Virus record (IMG/VR): IMGVR_UViG_3300022218_000007
Location: 1-38,019 of that record
Source of the DNA: a virus
Taxonomy: Duplodnaviria > Caudoviricetes
DNA length: 38,019 bases
Strand: one strand, 5' to 3'
Shown here piece by piece: positions 22,934 through 32,535 of this stretch. The position numbers and the translations under genes were made by a program. The notes below the pieces were generated by a model. It ran no database searches. It was not told the origin of the DNA and saw only the letters and a program-made list of their open reading frames with translations. Numbering within the stretch: position 1 is the first letter of the stretch; each line of letters opens with the position of its first letter.

Positions 22934-22989
22934 CGCCAAGCTATCTTTGATAGCAAAACATAATCCAACATTTAATATTGATAATAAGC

Positions 22990-23019
22990 TTGACAATTAG
23001 TATTGATATATAGTATGGT
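22990..23019 (+). promoter_or_regulatory. Putative promoter for the packaging/late genes
   Basis: TTGACA -18 bp- TATGGT upstream of terS. Confidence 0.45.
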
Positions 23020-23047
23020 CTTTGTTGATTAGTATATCAAGGAGCAT

Positions 23048-23545
23048 ATGGCTGACAAGTTAAACGAAAAAAACAAATTATTTGCAGATGAATATATTAA
23101 AGATTTGCATATCACTAATGCGGCTATCCGTGCCGGTTATTCAAAAAAAACCGCCCATGTCCAAGGGCATGAACTCTTAAAAAAACCTAAAATTCAAGCC
23201 TATATTCAAGAGAGAATGAATAAGAGGGCAGAAAGAACAGAGATAACTCAAGACAAAGTTCTGAATGAAATAGCAAAGATGGCTTTTGTGAACGCTAAGA
23301 GCTTGTTTGATGATAATGGACATTTGAAAAAGATTAATGAATTACCAGATGATATAACAGCGGCTATATCTGGCATTGATGTCGGTGAGGTAAGATCTAA
23401 TGATAGTTTGACTGTTGTGGTAAAGAAAATAAAGTTTTGGGATAAGCGTGGAAGCCTTGAGCTATTAGGCAAGCATCTTAAATTGTTTGACGGTGATGGC
23501 GCAGGGAAGCAAGCTCCTAAACCGTTAGACCCTGCATTCCTTTGA
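23048..23545 (+). CDS. terS: Terminase small subunit
   Basis: LFADEYIKDL..TNAAIRAGYSKKTA...LLKKPKIQAYI...KIKFWDK..SLELLGKHL. Confidence 0.92.
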   Translation: MADKLNEKNKLFADEYIKDLHITNAAIRAGYSKKTAHVQGHELLKKPKIQAYIQERMNKRAERTEITQDKVLNEIAKMAFVNAKSLFDDNGHLKKINELPDDITAAISGIDVGEVRSNDSLTVVVKKIKFWDKRGSLELLGKHLKLFDGDGAGKQAPKPLDPAFL

Positions 23546-24807
23546 GTTTTTGGCGCAAGGATGATCCAGTTATTAAGGCTGGCAAGTTTCCCTTAGTAGT
23601 TACAGGTGGAATGTTCTCAGCACAAAGGGAATGCTGGCAATCAGATCATTTTTATAAGTTTCTGGTCGGTGGGTATGGCTCTGGTAAGACAAGGTGGCTA
23701 GGAAAAAGAATGATAGCATTGAGTATATACAATGCGCCTTATCCATGTATGGTAGTATCGCCTACTTACAAAATGGCTAAAAGGACTATCATACCAACAA
23801 TAAAGGATTTGCTTGATGGGAGAGAGATTAAATATAAGTACCATAGCTCAGACCATTATTTTACTATTCATTATGATGGTCATGTCGGTACTCTTTGGGT
23901 TGGTTCTGGTAATGACCCTGATAGTCTTAAGGGTTCAAATTTGGCGGCAGCGGGTATTGATGAACCGTTCCTGCAAAAGTATGATGTATTAACTCAGTTA
24001 TCTGCAAGAGTAAGGGAGCCAATGGCTAATCACTCAGAGATATGTGCAGCGGGTACGCCAGAAGGTATAGGTGGATGGGGGTATGATATATGCGAAGGAG
24101 AATTACGAGAAAGTTATGATATAGGGGTATTTAGAGCAAAGACAAGCGAGAACTTGGCATTGCCTGCTCATTACTTAGATAACCTTAGAAACACTTATGA
24201 CAAGAAGATGCTGGAGGCTTATTTTGATGGCGAATTTGTTACCATATCTAATCTGCTCGTATATTACAACTTTACTGACGATAACATTATTGACTTGCCT
24301 GATCCAGGAGGTGAGCTTTGTATTGGTTTGGATTTTAACGTCAATCCTATGGCTGGCGTTGTATTCTGGAAACATGGTAGCAGGATGCATTATATCGATG
24401 AGATCGAACAGCCAAATAGTGACACAGAGACATGGATGCAAATAGCGCATGAGAGATACCCTGATAGAATAAAGACAGCGTACCCAGACCCTACAGGTAA
24501 GAAAAGACAAACGAGCGCACAAGTAGGTAGAACAGATTTTACTATTATTCAAAATACTGGCGTTGAGGTAAAGGCAAGAAAGCAGCAAGGAATTAGAGAT
24601 CGTCATAACTCAGTCAACAAGAAATTAGAGGATGGTACTTTGACAGTTTCTCCTAAATGTAAAAAGCTGATAAGATATTTTAAATCATCGGCTCATGATG
24701 ATATTGATGATTCAATGACACATCTACTTGAGGGTGCTACTTATCCAGTGGCATTTATTTATCCACTCAATAAACCGCAACTTAACGCACTAGAAGCGAG
24801 GAAATGA
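23542..24807 (+). CDS. terL: Terminase large subunit
   Basis: Walker A GGYGSGKT, Walker B AGIDE, coupling motif GTP, nuclease GLDFNVNP. Confidence 0.92.
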   Translation: MSFWRKDDPVIKAGKFPLVVTGGMFSAQRECWQSDHFYKFLVGGYGSGKTRWLGKRMIALSIYNAPYPCMVVSPTYKMAKRTIIPTIKDLLDGREIKYKYHSSDHYFTIHYDGHVGTLWVGSGNDPDSLKGSNLAAAGIDEPFLQKYDVLTQLSARVREPMANHSEICAAGTPEGIGGWGYDICEGELRESYDIGVFRAKTSENLALPAHYLDNLRNTYDKKMLEAYFDGEFVTISNLLVYYNFTDDNIIDLPDPGGELCIGLDFNVNPMAGVVFWKHGSRMHYIDEIEQPNSDTETWMQIAHERYPDRIKTAYPDPTGKKRQTSAQVGRTDFTIIQNTGVEVKARKQQGIRDRHNSVNKKLEDGTLTVSPKCKKLIRYFKSSAHDDIDDSMTHLLEGATYPVAFIYPLNKPQLNALEARK

Positions 24808-26222
24808 AAATGACTGAATTCCCCAGACATCCACAACTTGAAGTATTACAAGATAGATTAGCCTTTTTGCGTGACTCATATCTAGGCGGCATTGATTACA
24901 AGAAAAAAGCTTATTTACCTGAATACGGGAACGAGGATAAGGAAGATTACGAAAGGCGATTAAAACAGGCAACATATACTAATCATTGCTCATCCATACT
25001 TGAGGCATATAATAATTATCTATTTAGTGGAGAGATAAGCCGCGATTCATTTAAGGGTTTATCTGGTGTAGAGTTTGATGCGTTTATGGCTGATGCTGAT
25101 ATGATGGGCCGAAGTTATGAGAAGATGATTAGAGAACTAAGCAAGCAGGCTGGATCATCTGGCTTTATTGGTGTGATATTAGATAAGCCCAAAGGAGAGG
25201 AGGCAAGTAAGGGCGCAGAGATAGCGGCAGGAATAAGGCCTTATATGTCTGCTTATGTCGCATCAAGTATCATTGATTACGAAATGGAGTATATAGACGG
25301 ATCAAGAACACTTACTAAGCTTGTGCTAGAAGAGGAAACGGGAGAAACGGACGTACTTACATACAAGGTATGGTATAGGGATAAGTGGCAGCTATGGGAG
25401 AAGAAAAAAGAGAAAGAATGGGTAATGACTCAGGAAGGAACTAACCCTATTAATACCATCCCTTTTATATCCATCATAAATAGAGATAAAGACTTTCATC
25501 CAATTATAGGCAAATCAGATATAGCGGATATTGCTGATATAAATAATAGAGTATATCGTTTCGATTCAGATGCAGAGAATATCATAGAACAATGCACTTT
25601 CCCGTGGTTGCAAGGGCCACAAGCATCTATTGACGCAATATCAAAAGGGGGACTATCCACCAAGACCGCTGTCCCTGTCCCTGATTCTGATGAGGGGGCG
25701 GCAGAGCTTAAATTTACCGAGCCTGTACACAGTTCTTTACCTCAGATAATGGCATGGAGAGAGGCGGCTGTACAAGATATCAAGGATATGTCTAAGCTAG
25801 AGGCAGGGCAAGGCACTCAGCAGGCAGAAAGTGGGATTGCTCTTGAGATACAATTTAGGCCTCTTAATTCTATGCTTACCGAGAAGGCCGAGAATATGGA
25901 ACTGGCAGAAACAAGGATATTGGAATTATTAGGCGCATATTTAGGACAGACATTTGCCGGTGTGGTAACTTATCCAAGAGAGTTTGCCGTCATGGATTTA
26001 ATGCAAGAGCTTGATATAGCTATAACTGCTAAATCAGCAGTTAAGTCGAGAACGTTTGCGGCAGAGATAGAGAAGATAGTTGCAGACAAGGCTTTGCCCG
26101 ATGTAGATCCTAAGACAATGAAGATTATAGTTGCGGAAATAGATGCAGCGGCAGCAGAGCCGGACATGACTGACATTGATAATATTAATCAAGGGGGCGG
26201 TGATGAGGAAGAGACTACGTAA
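24804..26222 (+). CDS. Portal protein
   Basis: 472 aa directly after terL; YLP...E....YERRL..A, AESGIAL motifs typical of SPP1/DUF4055-type portals. Confidence 0.85.
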   Translation: MKMTEFPRHPQLEVLQDRLAFLRDSYLGGIDYKKKAYLPEYGNEDKEDYERRLKQATYTNHCSSILEAYNNYLFSGEISRDSFKGLSGVEFDAFMADADMMGRSYEKMIRELSKQAGSSGFIGVILDKPKGEEASKGAEIAAGIRPYMSAYVASSIIDYEMEYIDGSRTLTKLVLEEETGETDVLTYKVWYRDKWQLWEKKKEKEWVMTQEGTNPINTIPFISIINRDKDFHPIIGKSDIADIADINNRVYRFDSDAENIIEQCTFPWLQGPQASIDAISKGGLSTKTAVPVPDSDEGAAELKFTEPVHSSLPQIMAWREAAVQDIKDMSKLEAGQGTQQAESGIALEIQFRPLNSMLTEKAENMELAETRILELLGAYLGQTFAGVVTYPREFAVMDLMQELDIAITAKSAVKSRTFAAEIEKIVADKALPDVDPKTMKIIVAEIDAAAAEPDMTDIDNINQGGGDEEETT

Positions 26223-26370
26223 GAAGAAACTAAGGCTCAGTTATAATCCTATAGATATATTGCATGATATAGCGTGTAGGGTTGCTAAAAAGCATAAATT
26301 AATTGTTGACGATCAATCATTCATGGGAGCGAAGAACCACTATTCAGCCATAGGAGACTTAAAGGACTAA
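26203..26370 (+). CDS. Small basic hypothetical protein
   Basis: Fills the gap between the portal and the next gene; stop abuts the next ATG. Confidence 0.45.
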   Translation: MRKRLRKKKLRLSYNPIDILHDIACRVAKKHKLIVDDQSFMGAKNHYSAIGDLKD

Positions 26371-26820
26371 ATGGCGCTTAAAGGATTAAAAGAATTTGAG
26401 AATAAGCTTAATGCGGTCGGTAAGGTATCGGCAAGCAAAAGGCTATGGGGGCAGATAGGCTTCCAAGCTATTGATATCATCTCTCAGCGTACATTGAAAG
26501 GAAAGGACTATCAAGGGGCAGCATTCACTCGATACAATAAGACATATAAACTATGGAAGCAAAAGAGGGGTGGTAAATTCTTTTCAGGTAGTCCAAATCT
26601 GCATAATTCGGGTAATATGTTTGCTTCAATGAAGGCTAGGTCAACCGATAAGAATGTTACCCTGTTTTTCTCTAAACCTTTGGAAGCTAAGAAAGCATCA
26701 ATACATCATAGGGGGCTTGCAGGGATGCCAAAGAGAGAGTTTTTCGATTTATCCAAGAGAGAGCAAGATGATTTACTTGAGTTGTTAAGAAAGAAGCTTA
26801 AAAAGGCAATTAATGGCTGA
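26371..26820 (+). CDS. Virion morphogenesis protein (Mu gpG-like)
   Basis: NLHNSGNMFASM...ASIHHRG...MPKREFFDLS. Confidence 0.7.
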   Translation: MALKGLKEFENKLNAVGKVSASKRLWGQIGFQAIDIISQRTLKGKDYQGAAFTRYNKTYKLWKQKRGGKFFSGSPNLHNSGNMFASMKARSTDKNVTLFFSKPLEAKKASIHHRGLAGMPKREFFDLSKREQDDLLELLRKKLKKAING

Positions 26821-27574
26821 CATATCAGATAAGGCACTAGATAGTATAGAGAAAGAAATAGAGGCCACTCTAGCCGCTATAAACGCTAAAATAGCCCGTC
26901 TTATAGGTAAGCTTGAGACAACTAAAGGTGATGTATTGGCAAAGATGGAACTCTCCCGAATGAGGGCAACCAGAAAGGCAATTATAAAAGAGTTTATGGC
27001 TTTTGATACGGTTGCTAATGAATCAACTAAGTTTAATCAAATAGGCAAGGCGATTAAATCACGAATTAAGCCGGTTAGCTTATCATTTACTCAATCAGAT
27101 AATGCCTTATTAAAACTTCTCTCTGATTCAGCATATGGGGAATTGTCGGGGATTACCAGTCAATATAGTGAAAGGGTAAGTATGGCAGTAATAAGGGGTT
27201 CTATTGTTGGCGCTAATGTAGATGATATTACTCTTGAAGTGACACAATTAGTTGAGGGCGGGACTGATTTAGCAGGTAGGTCGATGGCCTCACATGCTAA
27301 GACCTTAGTGAATACTCAATACATGGAAGTTGATGCAGCTATGACTATAAGGGCCGCTGATAATATCGGGGCCACTCATTTTAGGTATTCAGGAAGTTTG
27401 ATTAAAGACTCAAGGGAGTGGTGCCAGGATCATGTCGATAAAATATACACTAGAAAAGAGATAGAGGGGTGGGGTAGCTCATCATGGGCTGGTAAGAAAG
27501 AGGGAGATCCGTTTATAACTAGAGGCGGGTATAATTGCCGTCACTATTTTGTGCCAGTAATAGTTGATGGGTAA
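26813..27574 (+). CDS. Minor capsid / head morphogenesis protein
   Basis: DSREWC ... GGYNCRHYF C-terminal motif. Confidence 0.75.
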   Translation: MADISDKALDSIEKEIEATLAAINAKIARLIGKLETTKGDVLAKMELSRMRATRKAIIKEFMAFDTVANESTKFNQIGKAIKSRIKPVSLSFTQSDNALLKLLSDSAYGELSGITSQYSERVSMAVIRGSIVGANVDDITLEVTQLVEGGTDLAGRSMASHAKTLVNTQYMEVDAAMTIRAADNIGATHFRYSGSLIKDSREWCQDHVDKIYTRKEIEGWGSSSWAGKKEGDPFITRGGYNCRHYFVPVIVDG

Positions 27575-27737
27575 AGTAAGGTACTTAGATCAATATAGGC
27601 AGCCAAGGCCATACGAATATAAGTATACTTGTGATAATTGCGGTAATGATTCTTTTTTGTTAATAGGAGATGGCAGTATAGAATGTAGTGATTGTGGAAA
27701 TGTAATTGAAAACTTAACACATAATGGAGGGGATTAG
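27567..27737 (+). CDS. Zinc-ribbon protein (56 aa; not in ORF track)
   Basis: MGKVRYL...CDNCG...CSDCG; stop abuts the scaffold ATG. Confidence 0.55.
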   Translation: MGKVRYLDQYRQPRPYEYKYTCDNCGNDSFLLIGDGSIECSDCGNVIENLTHNGGD

Positions 27738-28400
27738 ATGAGTAAAACAGTAGAAGAGTTACAAGCAGAAATTGACGACATGCAAGCGGCATTAACTAAG
27801 GCAAATGGAGAGGCAGCAGATAGGCGCAAGACTGCTAAAGAATTAAAGGATAAACTAGCAAGCTTTGAGGGTATAGACGTTGAAGAGATAAAGTCTCTAA
27901 AAGAAAAGGCTGCATTGCTTGAACAGGAGAAGCTAAAGGAAGCTGGTAAATTTGAGGAAGCACTTGAGAAGGGGCTCGCAGGTGCCAAGGCTGAAATAGA
28001 GTCATTGAAAGGGCTTATATCTGGCAAAGATTCTAAACTGTCTAAGGTTCTGATTGATAACGCTGTCCTGGCGGCAATAGATGGCAAGGCAATCAATAGT
28101 GAGCAAGTATTAGCTCTTATCAGAAGTGATATTAAGATGGATGGAGATAATCCGGTTGTAATGAATGGGGAAGCTCCAAGGGTAGATGATAAGGGTAATC
28201 ATTTGACCGTTGCCGACTATGCCAAGGCTTTTCTTGATAGTAACCCTCACTTAATGAATCCAAGCGGGGGAGGCAGTGGCAGCCAAGGCAACCAGGGCGG
28301 AGCTAAAGCAAGCAATATCATTACGAGAGAGGAATTTAGCAAGTTACCAGCAGCGGCAGCGGCAGAACATTTCAAGCAAGGCGGAAAAGTAGTAGATTAA
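27738..28400 (+). CDS. Capsid scaffolding protein
   Basis: Coiled coil, NPHL...GGGSGS C-terminus, immediately before the MCP. Confidence 0.75.
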   Translation: MSKTVEELQAEIDDMQAALTKANGEAADRRKTAKELKDKLASFEGIDVEEIKSLKEKAALLEQEKLKEAGKFEEALEKGLAGAKAEIESLKGLISGKDSKLSKVLIDNAVLAAIDGKAINSEQVLALIRSDIKMDGDNPVVMNGEAPRVDDKGNHLTVADYAKAFLDSNPHLMNPSGGGSGSQGNQGGAKASNIITREEFSKLPAAAAAEHFKQGGKVVD

Positions 28401-28402
28401 AC

Positions 28403-28581
28403 TTGACAAGTATATTCTATTTGTGATTTAATGGTTTTTGAGATAGAACCCTCACCGAATTAGGGGAAGTCTCCCCTCTTTGTTAAGAAGGCCAAAGTAA
28501 ATAAGCCTCCTTAGGTTGGGCGTGATGCCTGATGTATAGCTCCATGCTAACATCTACTTCATAAACAATTTAAGGAGGTTT
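28403..28581 (+). promoter_or_regulatory. Promoter plus structured leader of the major capsid gene
   Basis: TTGACA -18 bp- TTTAAT; AAGCCTCCTTAG (28503) can pair with TTAAGGAGGTTT (28570), which contains the RBS. Confidence 0.5.
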
Positions 28582-28586
28582 TTCTA

Positions 28587-29738
28587 ATGCCTAATACACT
28601 AACGAACTTAATCCCAGATCTATATGCCGGACTTGATACCGTTTCTCGTGAAATGGTAGGCTTTGTCGGTGCAGTAAACCGTGACTCTACTACAGATGGG
28701 GCCGCAGTCAATCAAGCCGTAAAGGTTCCTATCGTTGGAGCAATTACAGCAGGCGATATCACAGCAGGGGCAGCCGCTCCTGACGATGGTGATATGGCTC
28801 CTGATAATATCGACGTTAAAATAACCAAATCAAGATATGCGCCAGTTAGGTGGACAGGTGAAGAGCAATTATCTGTAAGTCCTACAGGCCTGTATAATAA
28901 AGTACAAGCTGATAGATTCGCTCAGGCTATGAGGGTACTTGTTAATGAGATGGAGGGTGATCTTGCTGGACTGTATGCTGCTGGTGCTTCAAGGGCTTAT
29001 GGAACGGCTGGAACGCCCCCGTTCGGCACTGCTAATGATTTCAGTGATCTTGCCTTTGCCAGAGAAATACTTGAAAGTAATGGCTCTCCCTTAACTGACC
29101 TACAGTGTGTGCTTGGTACTACTGCAATGGCTAATCTTAGGGCAAAACAATCTGGCCTTTTTCATGTAAATGAGGCAGGTACAGAAAGGATGCTTAGAGA
29201 TGGTATAGTTGATAGAGTACAAGGATTTGCTCTAAGATCTTCTGGGCAAGTCAAATCTCATACTAAGGGAACTGGTACGGCATACACATCTGATACCGCT
29301 GGTTATGCAATTGGGGCTACCTCAATAACGCTTATCACTGGTTCTGGTACAGTAGTTGCCGGTGACACAGTTACTTTTGCTGGTGATACCAATAAGTATA
29401 TAGTTAAGACAGGGGTGGCGGTTCCAGGTGCTATAGTTCTTCAAGAGCCTGGGCTTAAAGTGGCTATACCTGCAAGTGCTACGGCCTTAACGGTTGGCGG
29501 AAACTACACTGCTAATATGGCCTTTGACAGAAACGCGATAGTACTAGCTACTCGTGCGCCTGCTATGCCTGAAGAGGGAGATATGGCTGATGATGTTATG
29601 ACCATACAAGACCCAATAAGCGGCCTTGCCTTTCAGGTCGCTATGTATAAGCAATACAAGCGAGTCAAGTATGAGGTCGGTATAGCTTGGGGCGTTAAGG
29701 AAATCGCTCCAAGACATTCATCAATCATACTAGGTTAA
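28587..29738 (+). CDS. Major capsid protein (P22 coat-protein-like, with insertion domain)
   Basis: MPNTLTNLIPDLYAGLDTVSREMVG...NMAFDRNAIVLATRAP...YEVGIAWGVK. Confidence 0.88.
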   Translation: MPNTLTNLIPDLYAGLDTVSREMVGFVGAVNRDSTTDGAAVNQAVKVPIVGAITAGDITAGAAAPDDGDMAPDNIDVKITKSRYAPVRWTGEEQLSVSPTGLYNKVQADRFAQAMRVLVNEMEGDLAGLYAAGASRAYGTAGTPPFGTANDFSDLAFAREILESNGSPLTDLQCVLGTTAMANLRAKQSGLFHVNEAGTERMLRDGIVDRVQGFALRSSGQVKSHTKGTGTAYTSDTAGYAIGATSITLITGSGTVVAGDTVTFAGDTNKYIVKTGVAVPGAIVLQEPGLKVAIPASATALTVGGNYTANMAFDRNAIVLATRAPAMPEEGDMADDVMTIQDPISGLAFQVAMYKQYKRVKYEVGIAWGVKEIAPRHSSIILG

Positions 29739-29744
29739 CAATTG

Positions 29745-29772
29745 AGGGGCTGGCTTCGGCTGGCCCCTTTTT
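29745..29772 (+). terminator. Intrinsic terminator after the MCP
   Basis: AGGGGCTGGC-ttcg-GCTGGCCCCT-TTTT. Confidence 0.85.
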
Positions 29773-29789
29773 AAAAATGGAGGTTAAAT

Positions 29790-29930
29790 ATGGGAACGTG
29801 CGAAACAGTACAGGTTAAAGGGCAGGACGGCCCTGTGATTATCAACAAAGAAGATTTTGACCCTAAGAAGCATGAACTATTTAATTCGGAGCCTGCCAAG
29901 AGAGGCCCAAAGCCAAAGGATAGCAAGTAA
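29790..29930 (+). CDS. Small head-region protein (46 aa; not in ORF track)
   Basis: GGAGG RBS; IINKEDFDPKKHELF; TAATG coupling to the next gene. Confidence 0.65.
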   Translation: MGTCETVQVKGQDGPVIINKEDFDPKKHELFNSEPAKRGPKPKDSK

Positions 29931-30346
29931 TGGCTAATTATGCCCTTGATTCAGACGTTTATGACGTTATAGAGATTAACCCATTGCCGAGCAATTCGCT
30001 TGTTGATGAGTTGACTACTGCTACAAGGGATGTGCTGCATAAGATCAAATATGAATACTGGCCTCCAAGGTCGATAACTAATTTCGACGAGGCTAACCTT
30101 GATACTACAGCCTTGGTAAAGTTAACAGTTTATCGCGCTCTTGGTTGGTATGTATGTCCATCTTTAGAGAGTTATCAAAACGGTGAAGATGGAAAATGGG
30201 CCAAGAAAGCGGCATATTTTCAAAAGATGTTTGAAGAAGAATGGCTGATTATTCAAGAGATGCCTATTTATGATTTTGATGAAGATACAGTTTTTGAAGA
30301 TACAGACGCACAACCTTTTATTGCTAAGAGATGGAAGAGAGGATAG
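29930..30346 (+). CDS. Head-tail adaptor/connector (putative)
   Basis: MANYA...DV N-terminus; position after the MCP. Confidence 0.55.
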   Translation: MANYALDSDVYDVIEINPLPSNSLVDELTTATRDVLHKIKYEYWPPRSITNFDEANLDTTALVKLTVYRALGWYVCPSLESYQNGEDGKWAKKAAYFQKMFEEEWLIIQEMPIYDFDEDTVFEDTDAQPFIAKRWKRG

Positions 30347-30766
30347 ATGGATAAGGAAACTATCATGGTGGAATTATATAGCATCATTGAATCCTCAAAT
30401 CTTGCCGATTTAGTAGATAGAAACTTTCTCTCAGTGGAGGAAATCCCAGATACAGCTAAAACCGTAGTTATGATAGGTGATGAGGGGGCAGAGGATGACA
30501 TTAGATACACATCAAGTGATGTTGCTGATGTCGAGTTCACCGTTACCCTTCTTTGTCAAGTACAGGCTGAAAAGAATCTATCTAGTGAGATGATAGAGTT
30601 TGATAGAAAGATTAAAGCCCTTTTGGGTAGCAATAGAAAGCTAAACGGGAAGGCTTTTAGTTCTCAGATAATTCCATTGACTGACAAAGAAATAGTGGGA
30701 TCAATAGGAAGATTCGCAAGGCCTTTAAGAATACAATATGAGGGGGTAGTAACAGATGGACTCTAA
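30347..30766 (+). CDS. Tail terminator/completion protein (putative)
   Basis: Acidic 139 aa, located before the tail tube gene. Confidence 0.5.
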   Translation: MDKETIMVELYSIIESSNLADLVDRNFLSVEEIPDTAKTVVMIGDEGAEDDIRYTSSDVADVEFTVTLLCQVQAEKNLSSEMIEFDRKIKALLGSNRKLNGKAFSSQIIPLTDKEIVGSIGRFARPLRIQYEGVVTDGL

Positions 30767-30962
30767 ACTAGATAAATTAAAAAAAGAAGCTGAAAAATTA
30801 GGTATAGAGCTTGATGCAAATGAGACTATAGCTGACCTTGAAGCTAAGATAGCGATGAATAAAAGGAAGCCGGTTACAAAAAAAGACGCACCAAGGCGGC
30901 AACCTGTTAAGAATATAAACTTTACAAGAAGGATAGACAGGGAGGCTAAGAAAAATGGCTGA
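30756..30962 (+). CDS. Hypothetical protein
   Basis: Overlapping starts/stops with both neighbours. Confidence 0.55.
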   Translation: MDSKLDKLKKEAEKLGIELDANETIADLEAKIAMNKRKPVTKKDAPRRQPVKNINFTRRIDREAKKNG

Positions 30963-31869
30963 TATATATGATAGGGCGCTATTTGGCGCAGTCGAGGCAG
31001 TATCAGGGACAGACCAAGTGCCAACCGGTACGGATGTTATAAGGATAAATAGCCTTAATATTGCCACAGATATGACAGTACTTGACAATGCGGTTGTTAA
31101 GAAAACAGCTGGTAATTTGGCACATGACATAGGCAAGAAGATGATGACTCTTGAAGTTGAGTTTAAACTTAGGTTTTCCGGTGCGCTTGGTACGGCTCCA
31201 GAACTCTCACCTATATTCCAATGTTGTGCCATGACTGAAACGCTTGATGCAGGGGTAGATGTAGAGTATGCGCCATCAACTATACCAGCCGCAGCAAAGA
31301 CAAGTACTTTCTATGCCTTTAAAGATGGACTTAGGTATAACTTTGTTGGAGCAGTTGGAAACCTTACGCTATCTGCAACGATTGGCGAGTATGTAATAGG
31401 GACAGCGACAATATCAGCGCCTTATCTTGCCCCTACAGTTGTGGCAGTTCCAGCTTGTACATTCTCAGACGTAGGAAGCCCAATAGTATTTGAGACTGCC
31501 GATATTTTTAATGATGGGGCGGTTATAAAGGTTGGTTCTTTTGAGTTTGATTGCGGAAACAATATTGAAGAGCATTATGTTACCGGAGATCATAGTTTTG
31601 AGGTGTCAGACAGAGCGCCTACTATCACATTTACAAAGGATAGTATAAATACAGCGGCAGAACTTGCAGCCCTGGCAGCCGGTACAGATGTTTCTTTCTC
31701 GGCTACGCTGGATGGTGGGGTAGGTAATAAGCTTGTCTTTACGGCTCCAGTAGCTAGAAGGACTTCGATTAGTGATGCTGAAAGAGGCACAAGAGACATA
31801 AAAGACCTTGCATATAATCTTTATGAGTCAGTTGGTGATGATCAATTCTTAATGAACATAGCATCTTAA
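30955..31869 (+). CDS. Major tail tube protein
   Basis: 304 aa; GTAPELSPIFQCC, YAP, GAVGNLTL; followed by a chaperone with a slippery site and the tape measure gene. Confidence 0.75.
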   Translation: MADIYDRALFGAVEAVSGTDQVPTGTDVIRINSLNIATDMTVLDNAVVKKTAGNLAHDIGKKMMTLEVEFKLRFSGALGTAPELSPIFQCCAMTETLDAGVDVEYAPSTIPAAAKTSTFYAFKDGLRYNFVGAVGNLTLSATIGEYVIGTATISAPYLAPTVVAVPACTFSDVGSPIVFETADIFNDGAVIKVGSFEFDCGNNIEEHYVTGDHSFEVSDRAPTITFTKDSINTAAELAALAAGTDVSFSATLDGGVGNKLVFTAPVARRTSISDAERGTRDIKDLAYNLYESVGDDQFLMNIAS

Positions 31870-31894
31870 TAGCCGAAAGGCAGAAAGGATTAAA

Positions 31895-32275
31895 ATGAAG
31901 TTTTTAGAAAGCAAGGAAATATCATCAGAGAAAGATAATGTAAAGGTCATATTTAAGCCTGTGCAGCCATTAAACCAAGCGGCCTTGCTTGGGTATCAAG
32001 TGGACATGCAGAACGCTATAAAGGCGAATGATACGGCTAGACTTGTCCGTATAAAGATGGAGTGCGTTTTCTATACACTTAGGGAAATGATAAGCAGGCT
32101 GGAAATAGGGGGAGAATTATTTGATTCTTTGCAGGTTGCTAATTGTGCCGACATATCAGATATGGATACGGTGGAAACTCTTAACATTATTTTTGACCTT
32201 GTAACAAGCCTTTTGTTAGAGGGTGAGACTAAAAAAAAATCATCTTCGCGTCCATCGCGTTCAAAGAAGGGGTAA
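31895..32275 (+). CDS. Tail assembly chaperone (gpG-like)
   Basis: Between tail tube and TMP; A9 run at 32231-32239. Confidence 0.7.
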   Translation: MKFLESKEISSEKDNVKVIFKPVQPLNQAALLGYQVDMQNAIKANDTARLVRIKMECVFYTLREMISRLEIGGELFDSLQVANCADISDMDTVETLNIIFDLVTSLLLEGETKKKSSSRPSRSKKG

Positions 32276-32535
32276 GTTGTAAAAGATGTCCTCGCTCTGA
32301 TAGGGGGGCAATGCCTTCGGGCGGCTGTATAGAAAAAGACCCTTGGGAAAAGATAGAGGGGATTGTTGATGAAGCCTGTCCAGTAGTTTATCTACACGAA
32401 TATCATCAAGTATTTGACGCATATACATGGTTTGTGAATGACAGAATACTTCCTTATGGCGGTGGGAGATTAGAGCAACCATACTTAATAATGGAATACC
32501 TTAACCTAATCAGGAGCATAGTCAGTGGCAGATAA
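32231..32535 (+). CDS. Tail assembly chaperone -1 frameshift extension (gpT-like)
   Basis: The -1 frame from the A9 run is open (IIFASIAFKEGVSCKRC...) and continuous with ORF 32311..32535. Confidence 0.7.

Noticed and set aside
12006-22996. Minus-strand ORFs sharing NPTLQMTANLGCFLICFAF (12006-12209, 22553-22996) and similar NPTLQ ORFs at 5320, 10380, 10829
   Set aside because: They are antisense translations of the repeated attC arms, with no convincing RBS.
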